The notes under the pieces: generated by a model | The model's database searches: none | Seen by the model: the letters and a program-made list of their open reading frames with translations, nothing else | Told to the model about the DNA's origin: nothing | Assembly (NCBI RefSeq): GCF_036321535.1 | Contig: NC_087437.1 | Location: forward strand, 71,488,001 to 71,552,000 | Direction of reading: 5' to 3' | Source of the DNA: Camelus dromedarius | Lineage: Eukaryota | Length of the DNA: 64,000 bases | Position numbers and translations under genes: made by a program | Shown here: positions 50,295-63,439 of the stretch, one piece after another | Numbering within the stretch: position 1 is the stretch's first letter | Layout: every line of letters starts with the position of its first letter

Positions 50295-52599
50295 AGCAGG
50301 GCAGTTAAGAGAAAGGCATCACTTATATCAACTGCAGCATCACGTCCCTCACGCAGAGAGCTCTGTCCACTCTCAGCCCCACAGCATCCACCAACAGAGA
50401 ACTCTGCAACAGGAAGTTCAGATGCAGAAGAAGAGGAATCTTGTTCAGGGCACTCAGACCTCTCAGCTTGCTTTACAACCCAAGCACCACGGAAATGACC
50501 AGTCCCGACCCAAGAGTGGTCAGCCTCACCCCCACCATCAGCAGATGCAGCAGCAGATGCAGCAGCACTTCGGGAGCTCCCAGCCCGAGAAGAGTTGTGA
50601 AAACCCCTCAACGAGCCGGAACCACCATAACCATCCCCAGAACCATCTCAACCAAGACATTATGCACCAGCAGCAGGATGTAGGAAGCCGGCCACAAGGC
50701 TCAGGGGTTTCTTCTGAACATGTACCTGGGCATAATCCAATGCAGAGGCTTTTGACATCAAGAGGCATAGAGCAGCAGATGGTCTCCCAACCAAGTATTG
50801 TGACGAGGCCTTCCGACATGACCTGTACTCCACACAGGCCAGAGAGAAATAGAGTTTCAAGTTATTCTGCGGAGGCACTCATTGGAAAGACATCTTCTAA
50901 TTCAGAGCAGAGAATGGGTATATCGATTCAGGGTTCCAGAGTTTCCGATCAGCTTGAAATGAGAAGCTACCTTGATGTTCCCAGAAATAAGAGTTTGGCC
51001 ATTCATAATATGCAGGGTCGTGTGGACCATACCGTTGCCTCAGATATCCGCCTTTCTGACTGTCAGACATTTAAACCAAGTGGAGCCAGTCAGCAGCCTC
51101 AGAGTAATTTTGAAGTACAGTCTTCAAGAAATAATGAAATAGGTAACCCTGTGTCCTCCTTGAGGAGTATGCAGTCCCAGGCTTTTCGAATTAGTCAGAA
51201 CCCTGGTCCACCACCAATTGACCGCCAAAAGAGATTACCTTATCCACCAGTTCAGAGCATCCCGACCGGAAATGCCATCCCACCAAGGGACAGTGAAAAT
51301 ACATGTCACCAGAGTTTCATGCAGAGTTTACTTGCCCCTCACCTTGGTGATCAGGTCATTGGGAGCCAGAGATCGCTCTCAGAACATCAGAGGAATACAC
51401 AGTGTGGCCCACCTTCTGCAATTGAATATAATTGTCCCCCAACTCATGAAAGTGTCCATATTAGAAGAGAGGGTGAGAGTCAGAATCGGGAGAGTTGTGA
51501 CATGTCCCTAGGGGCAATTAACACCAGGAACAGCACCTTGAATATTCCTTTTTCGAGTTCTTCTTCTTCAGGAGATATTCAAGGTCGAAATACAAGTCCC
51601 AATGTTTCTGTGCAGAAGTCCAATCCCATGAGGATTACTGACAGTCACGGGACCAAGGGCCACATGAACCCTCCAGTCACAAGCAACATGCATGGGGTTG
51701 CAAGGCCAGCTCTGCCACATCCGTCTGTGTCTCATGGAAACACTGACCAAGGGCCTCCCGTACGTCAGACTAATTCTTCAGTTCCCCAGCGATCAAGACA
51801 TCCCTTGCAAGACAGCAGTGGTTCCAAAATTCGTCAGCCTGAAAGGAATCGCTCTGGAAACCAAAGACATAGTAATGTCTTTGATCCAAGTCTTCCCCAC
51901 CTTCCTCTGTCTACTAGTGGCAGTATGATTCTTGGACGCCAGCAACCCACTGCAGAAAAGAGAGGAAGTATTGTTCGTTTCATGCCTGATAGCCCACAAG
52001 TTCCGAATGACAATTCAGCGCCTGACCAGCACACACTATCACAAAATTTTGGTTTTCCTTTTATTCCCGAGGGTGGCATGAATCCACCAATAAACGCGAA
52101 TACTTCTTTCATTCCACAGGTTACTCAGCCTAGTGCCACTCGGACTCCAGCCCTTATCCCTGTAGATCCCCAAAATACTCTACCTTCCTTCTATCCCCCA
52201 TACTCTCCTGCTCACCCTACACTGTCCAATGATATTTCCATCCCCTACTTTTCTAATCAAATGTTCTCAAATCCTAGCACAGAGAAGGTAAACAGTGGAA
52301 CTTTAAATAACCGATTTGGATCCATTTTATCTCCTCCCAGACCTGTTGGTTTTGCCCAACCAAGTTTTCCTCTTCTCCCTGATATGCCACCAATGCACAT
52401 GACCAACTCTCACTTATCCAATTTTAATATGACATCTTTGTTTCCAGAAATAGCTACAGCTCTTCCGGATGGCTCAGCAATGTCACCTTTGCTTACAATA
52501 GCAAACTCCTCTGCCTCCGACTCTTCCAAGCAGTCCTCAAACAGACCTGCCCACAACATAAGCCATATTTTAGGTCATGATTGCAGTTCAGCTGTTTAA
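46133..52599 (+). CDS. USF3: USF3 terminal coding exon (coiled coil plus long S/T/P/Q-rich disordered region); spliced CDS 6723 nt = 2240 aa
   Basis: Acceptor ctgtag| at 46132, then AEEIKKLRKQLEEIQKENGRYIELLK..., in frame with the 2058-aa ORF (46423-52599) ending HDCSSAV-TAA. Confidence 0.97.
50260..50295 (+). repeat. USF3: Coding polyglutamine repeat (CAG)8 CAA (CAG)2 CAA = Q12
   Basis: Read directly from the sequence. Confidence 0.97.
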
Positions 52600-55500
52600 A
52601 TGCAGATCAACTGAACGTAAATGTAATGGGTGAGATTATAGACATGTATTTGTGTGTTTATACACACATACCTGCACAGGAAGAGAGAGATTGTGTGTGT
52701 ATCTCCTTGTGTCTGTATAATCAATTTCCAATTATCTTCTGAATGTAAGGAAGCCATGTCAGAAACGATGTGAATACTGGGTTGTCAAAAACAAATTATC
52801 ATTCATTTTCAACTGCATGGTGTGCTTTTGAAATTTTCCAAGCAGATTTGCATTTTCAAGTTTGATTTGTAATCTGATATCCCCTAGATACTCATTGACT
52901 GGAAGTTGGGGGAGGTCATCTTGGAGTGTGCTTGGGTGGTAGGAAGGAACCTAGATTTTAATCTTACTTGATTGTTGATAATTTGTAAAATAGATAGTTG
53001 AGGTAGTTGAGTTGCTCTCCAAAAATACAGACAGTTCGATGTAACACAATGGCTCATAACCAACTGCGGGCCAGTGTCAGTGTGTAGAACAGTCTCTCAT
53101 CCACGGCAGGTCTTGAATTCATGTAGAATGAATGTGCATGATTAAAGTCGAGCAGTTAGCAAATAAATGAGTTCTTTAATCAACCTTTATTACCCAGGTT
53201 TGGTTTAGGTAGAGGCTTCTTCCTTGATTATAACAATGCATAAATTGTCTGAATTTCATGTCTTGTTCTCCAAATGAGGGAGCCGTGTTATCCTCTAATG
53301 TGCCAAGATCCTGTAAAGCAAAGGTCTTCCTTAAACAAGTAGCCTTAAAAATGGAAAGCTAAAGAGCGAAGTACATCGATGTTCTCCATCTTGTGCTTGC
53401 GCACTGCATCAGGATAGAAGCGGCTGTGCTGTGGAGTTGTGCACGTGTTCAGTTAAAGATGGTTGCTTCATCAGTTGAGTGTTGTTTTAGTTTTCTCTCT
53501 TCATTCTATTTATTCGATCTTGACATAAGTTCTTTTACATTTGTTTAATCATCAGGGGCTGATCAGTAAATAGTGCGTTTGGAATCTACATAATTATGTG
53601 AGCCTTACTTTTTGAGTATTTCTGAGCAGAGTCTTAAGCTCTGTCAATATTTTCATTTGCTGATATTTATATTTAAAATACGACATTGTGTATTGCATTA
53701 TTACCCTTCATAGTAGAATCATCATGAGAGGATGAATTTGTTCATTATTTTTTCTGATGGTAGATGTGAAATGGTGCTTCAAAAAATGGTCTTTATATAC
53801 GTCTGCGTATGTGAGTGTGTGTGCACTCAGACATAGATTTTAAAGTGGCTCTTTAAAAACAGGCCTGCCATCTGAAAATGGGAAATTGGGACCTGAGACC
53901 TGCTGACATGTAGAAGAACCTGATGTAGGGCTTCTTTAAAGCCCCACTAAAGTTAGTAATACATTTTTTAAAATGTATACTCAAAATTCATCTATTGAAT
54001 TCTGAAAACTTTATTAAAAACTAAGAAAACAGTTATATACACTCATATTCTAAACCCATTACTTTTTTGTTGTGGTTACATTCTGCCAAAAATGGGGCGG
54101 AGAGGGAGAGATGCAGAGACAGTGTTCTGTCTGCTCTGTTAACAAAGTGAAGCCAAGGACCAGCATTTTGTTTTTTTCTGCTTAAAAAAGCCTCCTAAGG
54201 CTTGGTAAGAGCAGTTAACTCCAGCGGATACCTCTACTAAAGACTCAGCAAAAGGGTCGTCTGTGCCTCTTCAGCTGTTCTCACCGGACCCTCCTGTCTC
54301 TTCCCGCCGCCGGCTGAAGCCACCTCCTAAGGGCAAAAAAATACTGAAAACAAGAGAAACATCTATATTTTCTCCCTTCAAAATGGTTTCAGGGAGGAAT
54401 AGGAGAGCTTTGTGAATAAGTTACTTACACAAGGCAACACCATATTAACGTTTAATTGAGAAAAAATGTGAGATTTATAACTTAAAAAAATCATCGTAAC
54501 TAAGTTTTAAGCTTCAACATTCAGATTTTTCTTTGTACTTGAAAGGTCCAATCTGCCAGTTTCAAGGAAGGTTTTCAATGGGTTCAGCTGTTCATCCTCC
54601 CTCCCTCTCCCTTTCTCATGGCTCTTTCTGTCTCTGCCCTCCCACCTCGCCCCCTCAGCCCCGCTCCCCCCGCACAGTGGCTGTTAGGTTCTGAAGAACC
54701 AGGGACTGTTGGAATTGAAACTAAGGTCACAGGTAAGGAGAAGCTCGATTTGAACATTGCAGTGGAAGAGCCTCAAGCCTGGTTGGTACTTGCAGGCAAT
54801 TCTCTGTTGCATCAATTGTATTTTTCTGCTCAGCAATGTTTAGAGATAGCATTTACATTCCTCAGGGCTTTCATTCCAAGCATAGAACACCTTGATCCCT
54901 AATGAGTCTCTACCCCGAAGTAAGGCTTATTTGACCATCTGAGGAAAGAGGTGACCATCTGCAAGTAACAGGGCCCCTGCTTACATGTAGCTCTAATTAT
55001 CTTATAGGCGTGTGCATATATGAGGCCATTTTATATAGAAATTAAATTCTGAAGGTGTTCAGAGCACAGTAATCTTATTTGATTTATAAGCATGAATGTA
55101 TGAGATTTACCAGCAGTATTAAGTATTTTAATAATTAGAGCTACATGATTTGGGGAAGGAAATTTATTATTTAATATCTAGTGATCTCTGGATTATAGTT
55201 TTTGGTGAAGGAATGGCAGAGAAATCGTCAATTTTGGTTATAGTAAATTTAATGTTATTCATGCCTCACTAATATATGTCTATAGAATATAAAGCCACTT
55301 TCACAAATAAATTTGTAATTTCTAGAAATACACAGACTTATGTATAAGTGAGTCCTTGATTAAATAATTTTTCTCTCTCATATTGTTATTGGTCATACAG
55401 AATCAGCTTCAGAAAGTAGTTGGTTCATCTAAACATTTAACACAGTAGCTTCTGACGAGGTGAATAATTTTAGATTTCTCATCATGTAAAAACTTAAATG

Positions 55501-57593
55501 TGTCAGTTACGGATAAAAGAAATCAACTTTGGTTTTGTTTTTTTTTTTTGTACATATAGGTTGTTTTGGGATGTTTTATACTGCTTCAGGAAATTTATTT
55601 TTGTTTTTATCATAAGATCTCTGGGGTGTACCAGAGCTGGCACCCTTCTTCTAAGTAAGGAGTGAGAATTCCAGAGTGATCATGCTTTATAAAATGTAAC
55701 GTATCAGAGAAGATTGAGGAGGGAATGTTCTTTTGTAGCGATTTTCAGTCACATATCAGGGTGAACTGCAATGAGGATCAACTTTTAAAAATCAGCCTTC
55801 TTAAAATACAAAATTATTCAAACACTTTAAAGATAATTCATTTGCCTTGCTCTTGCCTTCTGACATGAGCTATTTTATGGAGAGGCTAAAATTTATACTC
55901 CAAAAAAATGTGGAAATACATTTTAATGAGAGTAAAGTTTTGAAAATTTGAGAAAGTGTAAAGACTCACTAATACGCCTCCTCTTAGCTCTGTCCTTCCT
56001 TTGATACATAAATACCCAGGCCCTTATTTTCTTCCATCTGCACCATGTCAAACAGGTGGCAGGGACCGTGGTCATTTCCTTAGCAGGGTGATTAGCCTCT
56101 GCCTTGAAACACTGATTGGGTGGGGTCCAGCATCTACAGGATCAGCGTGTGAAAGGGACTCATGCTCCCAAATCAGTGACTCCCAGTGCCTGGCTTTGGG
56201 AACCACTGCATCTCCTTCTCTACTAAGGGGTAACAAGAATTTCTCAAAACAGAAGTAGTTCAAGTTGATTTAAAATATTTGATGTGCCATATAGTTCTGT
56301 TCCTTGTTTTGGAGAACTTGTTTTTTTCAATCCCATGGAGGAGTAAAGAAAGGCAAAGGTGGTACCAAAATCAGATGGCTTTGGTTTGATATCCTTAGGA
56401 ACCTGGAAGTCATTGTTCTGTTGTCTCTGTTAATCCTGCCTTTGCCCGGAGATCATCACCTATGGCTGTGTACTTCCAGAGGGCAATAATACTCAGTGAT
56501 AATGTTATGAAATCTGTATGCAAATTAAAGGGCAGAAATTAGTTGCTTCTCAGATACCTTTTTGGCTGAGTGATATCATTTCTCCTTCCCCAGAATTCAA
56601 CGTAAAAAGGTCTTTTTTTTCTTTTCCACTTAACCATATTCTCCCTGCATTCTACACTTCCTTTGTGCACGTAAGAGTGTTTCTGCTGGAGTCTGTGAGG
56701 GACAAGTGTAGATGGAGGCAATCCGGGTGTGCAGGTAAGAAGTGTTGAGGGCCTTCTCAGACCCAGAGCTTCTAACGCCCACCTGCCTCTACCCTGGGAC
56801 CGCACTTTACCCGCAGCCGTGCCTCTGGTCCTAAGGCTGGCCATTGGAACGCACTGCTCACCCACTCCCCTGTTAAGAGCAACGGGCCAGCCAGGATGGC
56901 ACGTGCTCAGTGTAATCCAACACCTCGACGCCAAGTACAGCTGATTTTTCTCACTGTTGCCTTACGTTCTCTGAGCCATCCTTGATGCCGATCTTGTAAA
57001 AAAGCTTACTAGTTAGAAGCAAAACTCCTTTTAAACTCAGAGCTTGAATGTGGTGGTCATTCAACATCCTTATTTCTAGATTTGCACAAACCCCATCAAC
57101 TGTAATCTTTGTCTGGCACACGCATGTGTTCAGATGCTTCAAAAACATCAGCCAACTCCGGTTGAAAACATTGGGGATAATATCCAAATTGGTGTTATTT
57201 TGGATGACTGCAAAATCTGTCACTAGAGATTTCATGAGACATAGAAGATAATTCTTCATTTGTAATTTAACACTTTTTTTAAAGATCATTAATTTTTTTT
57301 TTTTGGCCCATTTGTGTGTACAACTATACACCAAACTATGTCATAGGAACTAAAAGTTTACTCCATGTAAATCCTCTCTTCACTTTTCTGGATCTCTGCT
57401 CCCTCATCCCCTAAGTCTTAGAACCATTTTTCATCTGTGAGGTCACTGAGGCACTGGACTTGACTATATTGGTTAACCTTTACAGGGAGTTGAACTGTTG
57501 ATCTTCCAAGAAGAAAGGGACCAGACAGTGTTGCTCAAAATGCTGCAGCTGTGTTACTGTGAAGAAAAGATTTGCTTCCACTTTCAACAAGAG

Positions 57594-57652
57594 ATATATA
57601 TATATATATGTGTGTATGTGTGTGTGTATGTGTGTGTATACACACATATATA
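57594..57652. repeat. (TA)n(TG)n(CA)n compound microsatellite in the 3' UTR
   Basis: Seen directly. Confidence 0.9.
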
Positions 57653-58123
57653 TTCATTTCAGTAAAAATGGGTGGAAAAATCTGAGAACATAGTTACCTT
57701 CACAAATTATTTATAGATACACTGGGTGAGAAGCTTACTGTAGGGCAATCACCAGAAAAAATCTAACTGTAGTGCTTTCGATAGTGTATGTAATATTTGT
57801 ATCTATTCTCACGCCAGCAATGTCTGCTGTGCACTGTGTCCTATTACTGTAAATCACCTGGTTTATAATTCTAATGGGAACTAATTTGTTTTGTAATGGA
57901 ATCCAGAGCAGATATGTATAATATGATCAGGATTGTCCTACAGTTGTAAATAAGAATAGGTCCCGTTTATTTTGACATCTTTTTACAAATGCATTGTATT
58001 AGGGTGTGAATATTCTGAACCATGCTCTTGTTTAAAGTTTTAAAATTTTTATTGGTAAATGTAACATTTTAATGGTTGTAATAATTATTTGTATAGATAT
58101 GAATATAGTATTTTATTTAAGAA

Positions 58124-58129
58124 AATAAA
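58124..58129 (+). terminator. USF3: Probable main polyadenylation signal AATAAA
   Basis: Several upstream TGTA motifs, downstream T/GT-rich 'ttctgtcttttctg'; repeat-derived sequence resumes soon after. Confidence 0.75.
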
Positions 58130-59779
58130 CTTTGCATTTTTGCATTGTGAATTCTGTCTTTTCTGATCATTGCATGTGCCACTTCAAATCTTGTATTGAA
58201 GCGATTTATCTTGCATATTGAAGTTGCATAGTCAAGTAATATTTAAATTTTGCCAAAATGACTAAAAAGGATGCCATGACACATTTCCCATGGGGATTGT
58301 GTTTCTGATCAGAGTCAACCTCAAATAAATCATAATTATGATCCATGCTAGATTATTGGAGCAAACTATGCACCTCTATACTTCCTGTAAATAGTAGAAG
58401 TAGAATTTCAGACCTGGCAGAGAACTGAGAGATGGTTCAGTTTACACTCTCCTCGTTTATTTGTAGTGGAGGAACCAGAAGCACAGAACTTTGGGACAAG
58501 AATTAGGTCTTTGATTACAACTACCCACATCAGCTTGGTCACATCTCACAGGCATGAAGTTTGAGGGGAAAAAAGTTGTAGAGGAACTTGCACAGTGTAA
58601 AGCTATAAAAAATTTAAATGCCTATAAATCAAAAAATTTATTTTTTAGTGTTAGCCTACAGATATAGTAAAAATGATCAGTTAAAGAAATGATAGGCCCA
58701 AAGTTCAGGATAATGGATACTTGGAAAGGAGAAGGGGATGGTATCAAGAGAGGTACTTCAAAACTATCGGTATGTTCTGCTGAATTGGATAGCAGACACT
58801 TGGGTGGTCATCTCACTTACACCTGAAATGTTTGTCTTATGAATGTATAAAACATATCCTAGTATTAAAACAGGTAAAATGATGACCTTAGGGATCGTCT
58901 GCTCCCACATGTACTCCAGGAAATTAATGCTCATAATATTTTCCTTGTCTAGCTTCTTTCGAGTTCAGAATAAAACTCAATATTCTGACTATCAAGGGTT
59001 TAGTGTTCTTTCCATCAGCGCACACTGCCTCTCATTCAGAGGACACAGATGTAGGATATATTTTGATTAGACAAGGAGCCCCACTATGCCCCAAAGGATA
59101 TACAACCCATAAAAATGCAACCACTATGCATAAATTCAACCTCCCTAAAGTGAATGTGCAAAGTTATAACAGCTGTATATACTTTAACGTTTTGTTAGCT
59201 TTCCAGTTCAGTTCGATGTTTAAAGGAAAGTGATTTTAATAACATCTCTTTAAAAAGCTATCCAGGGACTTTTCACTTTTAGATAGAATGTAGTAGATCC
59301 TGGCAGGTTATCAATCCCACTGCACCAACTAGAACAAAGAGATAAATTAGAAAAATCATGTTTTAAAAGATACTAAAACCCATCAATATAAGAAGACAAA
59401 ATTCCTCTGATTATATGAATATATCTGAACAAAATTTCAGAGGGAGAAAAGCCCTCCATAGGTGCGGTGAGATCTCTGGCCTTACTTTTTGCCCTCTGGG
59501 GACGCTGGATGAGTATGGGTTGAAAAGGCAGAGTGAACGCTCCCACAGGTTTATGAAGCTTAGGAGTTAAATTGCTGGATGAAGCTGTCTCACCTTCAAG
59601 ACGTTGAAAATCAGAAGAGAACCGATTCTAACTACCGCTGCATCCAGCTCTCAGCCCAACCACCTTCTAACAGAGGAAAAGTGTGACCCCTCCCTCGTGG
59701 CAAATGACACAACTTCTGTCTTTGCAGCTCATTTATGTACAATATCCAGGAAATATATACAATGTCCAGGAAAATGTGA

Positions 59780-61870
59780 CAAATAAGCAGAGGAAAAAGC
59801 AAACATAGGACAGAGAAAATAAACAAATCCAAAAGTTGATTTTTGAAAAAGATTAAAAAGCAAACAAAAGAGCTCCTAGAAAGACTGATCAGGACAAAAG
59901 AAGAAAATATAAATTATCAATAAAATGAATGGAAAAGGGGACATCACAAAAGATTATCAAAAATTAAAATCATAAAAGATTACTTACAACTTTATGCCAA
60001 TATTACTGACAATTTAAATGAAATGGACAAAATTCTTGAAAAATACAATTTACCAAAATGAACACAAGAAAAAACAGAAAATCTTTATACTCCTATACCT
60101 GTTAGCCAAGTTGAATCTACAATTAAAAACCTTCTTACCACGTATTGTATAATTCCATTTCTATGAAATGTTCAGAATAGGCAAACCTAAAGAGACAGAA
60201 AGTGGAGGATTTGCAGTTGCCCAGGGTTGGGGAGTTTTGGAGAAAGTGAGGAGTGACTGTGAATGTTTATGGGGTTTTTTGAGGAGTGATGAAATGTTCT
60301 AAAATTGATTGTGATGATGGTTGAACATCTCTGTGAATACACTAAAGACTGTTGAATTGTACACTTTAAATGGGTGAATTTCATGGTATGTGAATTATAT
60401 CTCAATAAAGCTGTTTTGTTTTTTAAAGACCTTCCCATAAAAAAAAAAAACCCTCAAGGTTTTAGTGGGAAATTCCTCTAAATATTAAAGGAAAAAGTAA
60501 TACCAATCTGCCCAAACTCATGAGAAACAGGGGTCATTTCCATGTTTTAGGAAGTTAACATAACCTTGATACTAAATCTGTCACAACATTATACTAAAAG
60601 AAAATTATAGCCCAATATCCCTAATAAACATGCATGTTAAAATTCTAAACAAAATGTCAGCAAATTGAATTTAGTGATATAGGAAAAGAATAGTACATCA
60701 TGACCAAATGGGGTTTATTTCACGAGTGCAAAACTGTTTCAACATTTTAAAATCAATTTATGCAATTCATTGTATTAAGAGAATAAAGGCAAAAAAATAT
60801 AACTCAGACAGTTGCTAAAATTCAGCATCTATTTATGGTCAAAACTCTAAACAAAAGAGAAAGAGAAGGGACCATCTGCAATGTGATAAAGCATATCTCC
60901 AGAAAAAAAACCAAGAAACAAACTATAGCTAACATCATACTTAATAATTTCCCCCTGAAGTTGGGATCAAGACAAAGATAATCATTATCACCCATCTACT
61001 CAACATTTTATTGGTGTTCTCAGCCAGTGCATTACCAAGGAATAAAACTACTTACCAAAATTTAAAATATTGCTTGGAGAAATTAAGGGAGACCCCCCCA
61101 AAATGCAGAAATGATACTATGTCATTAAGATGACAATTCTCCTCAAGTTTTTTTTTTTTGCAGATTCATGCAATTGCCACTGCAATCACTGCAGGGATTT
61201 TTTTTTTTTTTGGATAGAAATGGACAACCTGATCCTAAAATTTATATAATATTTAATATAAATATAATATTTAAAATATACATTTATATTATATACATGT
61301 AAAAGTCCTATAGTCTAGCCTATCTTAAGAAGACAAAGTTAAAAGACCTAAAAGGACCAGATTTCAAAAATTGCTCTAGGGTAGATCTTAAAAGTCCTCA
61401 TCACAAGAAAAAAATATTTTGTAACTATGTATGGTGACAGATGTTGACTAGACTTACTGTGGTAATCACTTCACAACACACACAAATATCAAACCATTAT
61501 GTTGTGCACCTGAAACTAATATAATGTCATATGTCAATTATACCTCATATTTTTTTAAACTACCATAAAGCTCTAATAATTAAAACAGTGTATTACTGGC
61601 ACAAGCATAGACAATAGACCCATGGAAGGGAACAGAAATTTCAGAAATAGATTATACACATATAGTAAACCTGACTGATGACAAAGGTGCCAGTGCCATT
61701 TCAGTGAGTATCTTTTGATGGTCTTTTCAATTATTAGGGCTGGAGCAATTGGATATCAGTATAGTAAGAGAAAAAAGCCCTAGACCCCCCTGCCTCACAC
61801 CACATACAGAAATTAATTTGAGTTGGATCATAGACCTAAATGTAAAAGGTAAAACACTAACACTTCTAGA
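59780..61870 (+). mobile_element. Old degenerate L1 ORF2 with two nested L1 3'-end insertions (~60140-60420, ~61375-61550)
   Basis: 'aatttaaatgaaatggacaaaattcttgaaaaatacaatttaccaaaa', 'catcatgaccaaatggggtttattt'; TSD-like aaaaaccttc / aaagaccttc around the first nest. Confidence 0.85.
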
Positions 61871-61871
61871 G

Positions 61872-62760
61872 CAGTGGTTCTTAAAGTGTAGCCCTGGAGC
61901 GCTCCGAGACCCATTTAGGGGACCTGTGACATCGAAATCTACTAAGATATGGCATGCCTGTATACTGTGTTGACATGTGCACTGATGGCGCAAAAGGAAC
62001 GGTGGGTAAAACTGCTGGGACTTTAGGCAGTGGCATGACAACTGTGCTAACAATCACTGTATTTTTAATAATCATAAACTCACAGTAAAAAAAAAGGCAG
62101 TTTTGCTTTAGAATCTCCTTGATGAAGCACAAGTTAATAATTTCATTAAATCTTCACTCTTGAGTACACTTCCTTTTAATATTCTTTTGAAACATCAAAT
62201 TAGTATTGCATGAGCATATGGAAAGCAAACATAAAGCACTTCCACTGTAAACTGGAGGATGGTGGTTTTCATAAGGAAAAGCACTAGCGCTGAATTGCAG
62301 AATGAAATCGTGGCTTCCTTTATGGGCTACTATTATTAGCTGAGAAAATGACCACAACCTGTGGTTATTCAGACTTGGTATCTGGCGGACATTTTCTCAC
62401 AAAGTAAGTGGAATGAGCCCTTCACTGTATCCACTATAGTGAGCTTGACAGGTTCCCATTAAGACCTCTCTGATGAGATAAGTAGTGATATAAATGAATA
62501 GTATGTATAGATATATATTTAAAGTTAGTGATTATATAATTACATGTGTGAGTGTTTGAAAGATATGCACAATTTAGTGAACCAATATTTTCCAAGTGAC
62601 CAAGGCATGCTGCTACAAAACCATGCAGGGGTGAAAAGATCCATTCAAAATGAAAGACAAACCAATGGATTTTAACATTACAAAACATGAGAAATTCACT
62701 GATATAGTTTTAAATAATCGTTGGGAAAATACCATTTGTTGACTGTTGGTATAGTATCTG
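61872..62760 (+). mobile_element. Charlie1-family hAT DNA transposon fragment
   Basis: Begins 'cagtggttcttaaagtg' after 'tctagag'; internal 'gtggttattcagacttggtatctggcggacattttctc'. Confidence 0.75.
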
Positions 62761-63439
62761 TCTCAGCGTGGTGGAATGAAACCACTCCCAGCCACCAGGA
62801 ACAAAGATGGTTCAGCCATGCATGGGAGTTGTAGACTCTGCCTGATCTACTGGACCAGCAAAGATCACTTTGAGAGCAGCTTTGGAGGACTTTTTGACTC
62901 TTGACAGTTTTTTTGAGTCTCTGAATGTGTTTTAGGAAATTTAAAAAACCACTGTATTCCTGGGCTTTCTCTCCACTGTTGTTTCTGAACTAACGGGCTC
63001 CCAATTGAAACCTGACACCTTTGCCAGATGCAATCACTGAATGTATAAAAAGGACTTTGGTCCTTAACCTTATAAACTTAGAAATTTAAGGAAGAGTCCT
63101 CATATGAACGCTGCTATTCCAGTTTAGAGAGCCCAAATGATCCAAAGTTGCAATTTTACTGGTTAGCTTTCCTAAAGCACAATAGGTTTCATTGTTACTC
63201 AGGTTTATATAACAGACACATACCTTCCGAAGTTTTGAAAAATCTCTTTTTGTTAACATGGTCAATGGTTATATAATTCTAAGCTGTGTGTTTTGCATGT
63301 ACAGATACAAGCGCCAATAAAAGTTGAATCTTCATTGCAACACTATCTTCCCTGTTTCAGGTTTTGTTACCTAATTTGTTACTCATTTCTGGCTGTTCAT
63401 CTAAGTTTCTGAACCTTTCACTTCACCTGGTGAACACTG

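Larger units (their letters stand above)
52600..58150 (+). other. USF3: USF3 3' UTR (~5.5 kb)
   Basis: Follows the stop codon, lacks recognisable TEs, AU-rich with TGTA elements near the end, and closes at an AATAAA. Confidence 0.75.

Noticed and set aside
50069..50611. Antisense polyalanine ORF and other shadow ORFs across the big exon
   Set aside because: By-products of the CAG repeat and sense-strand codon usage; no antisense promoter evidence.
52582..52599. C-terminal CSSAV as a CAAX or PDZ ligand
   Set aside because: Cys is fifth from the end, so not CAAX; S-x-V is too short to trust for a nuclear factor.
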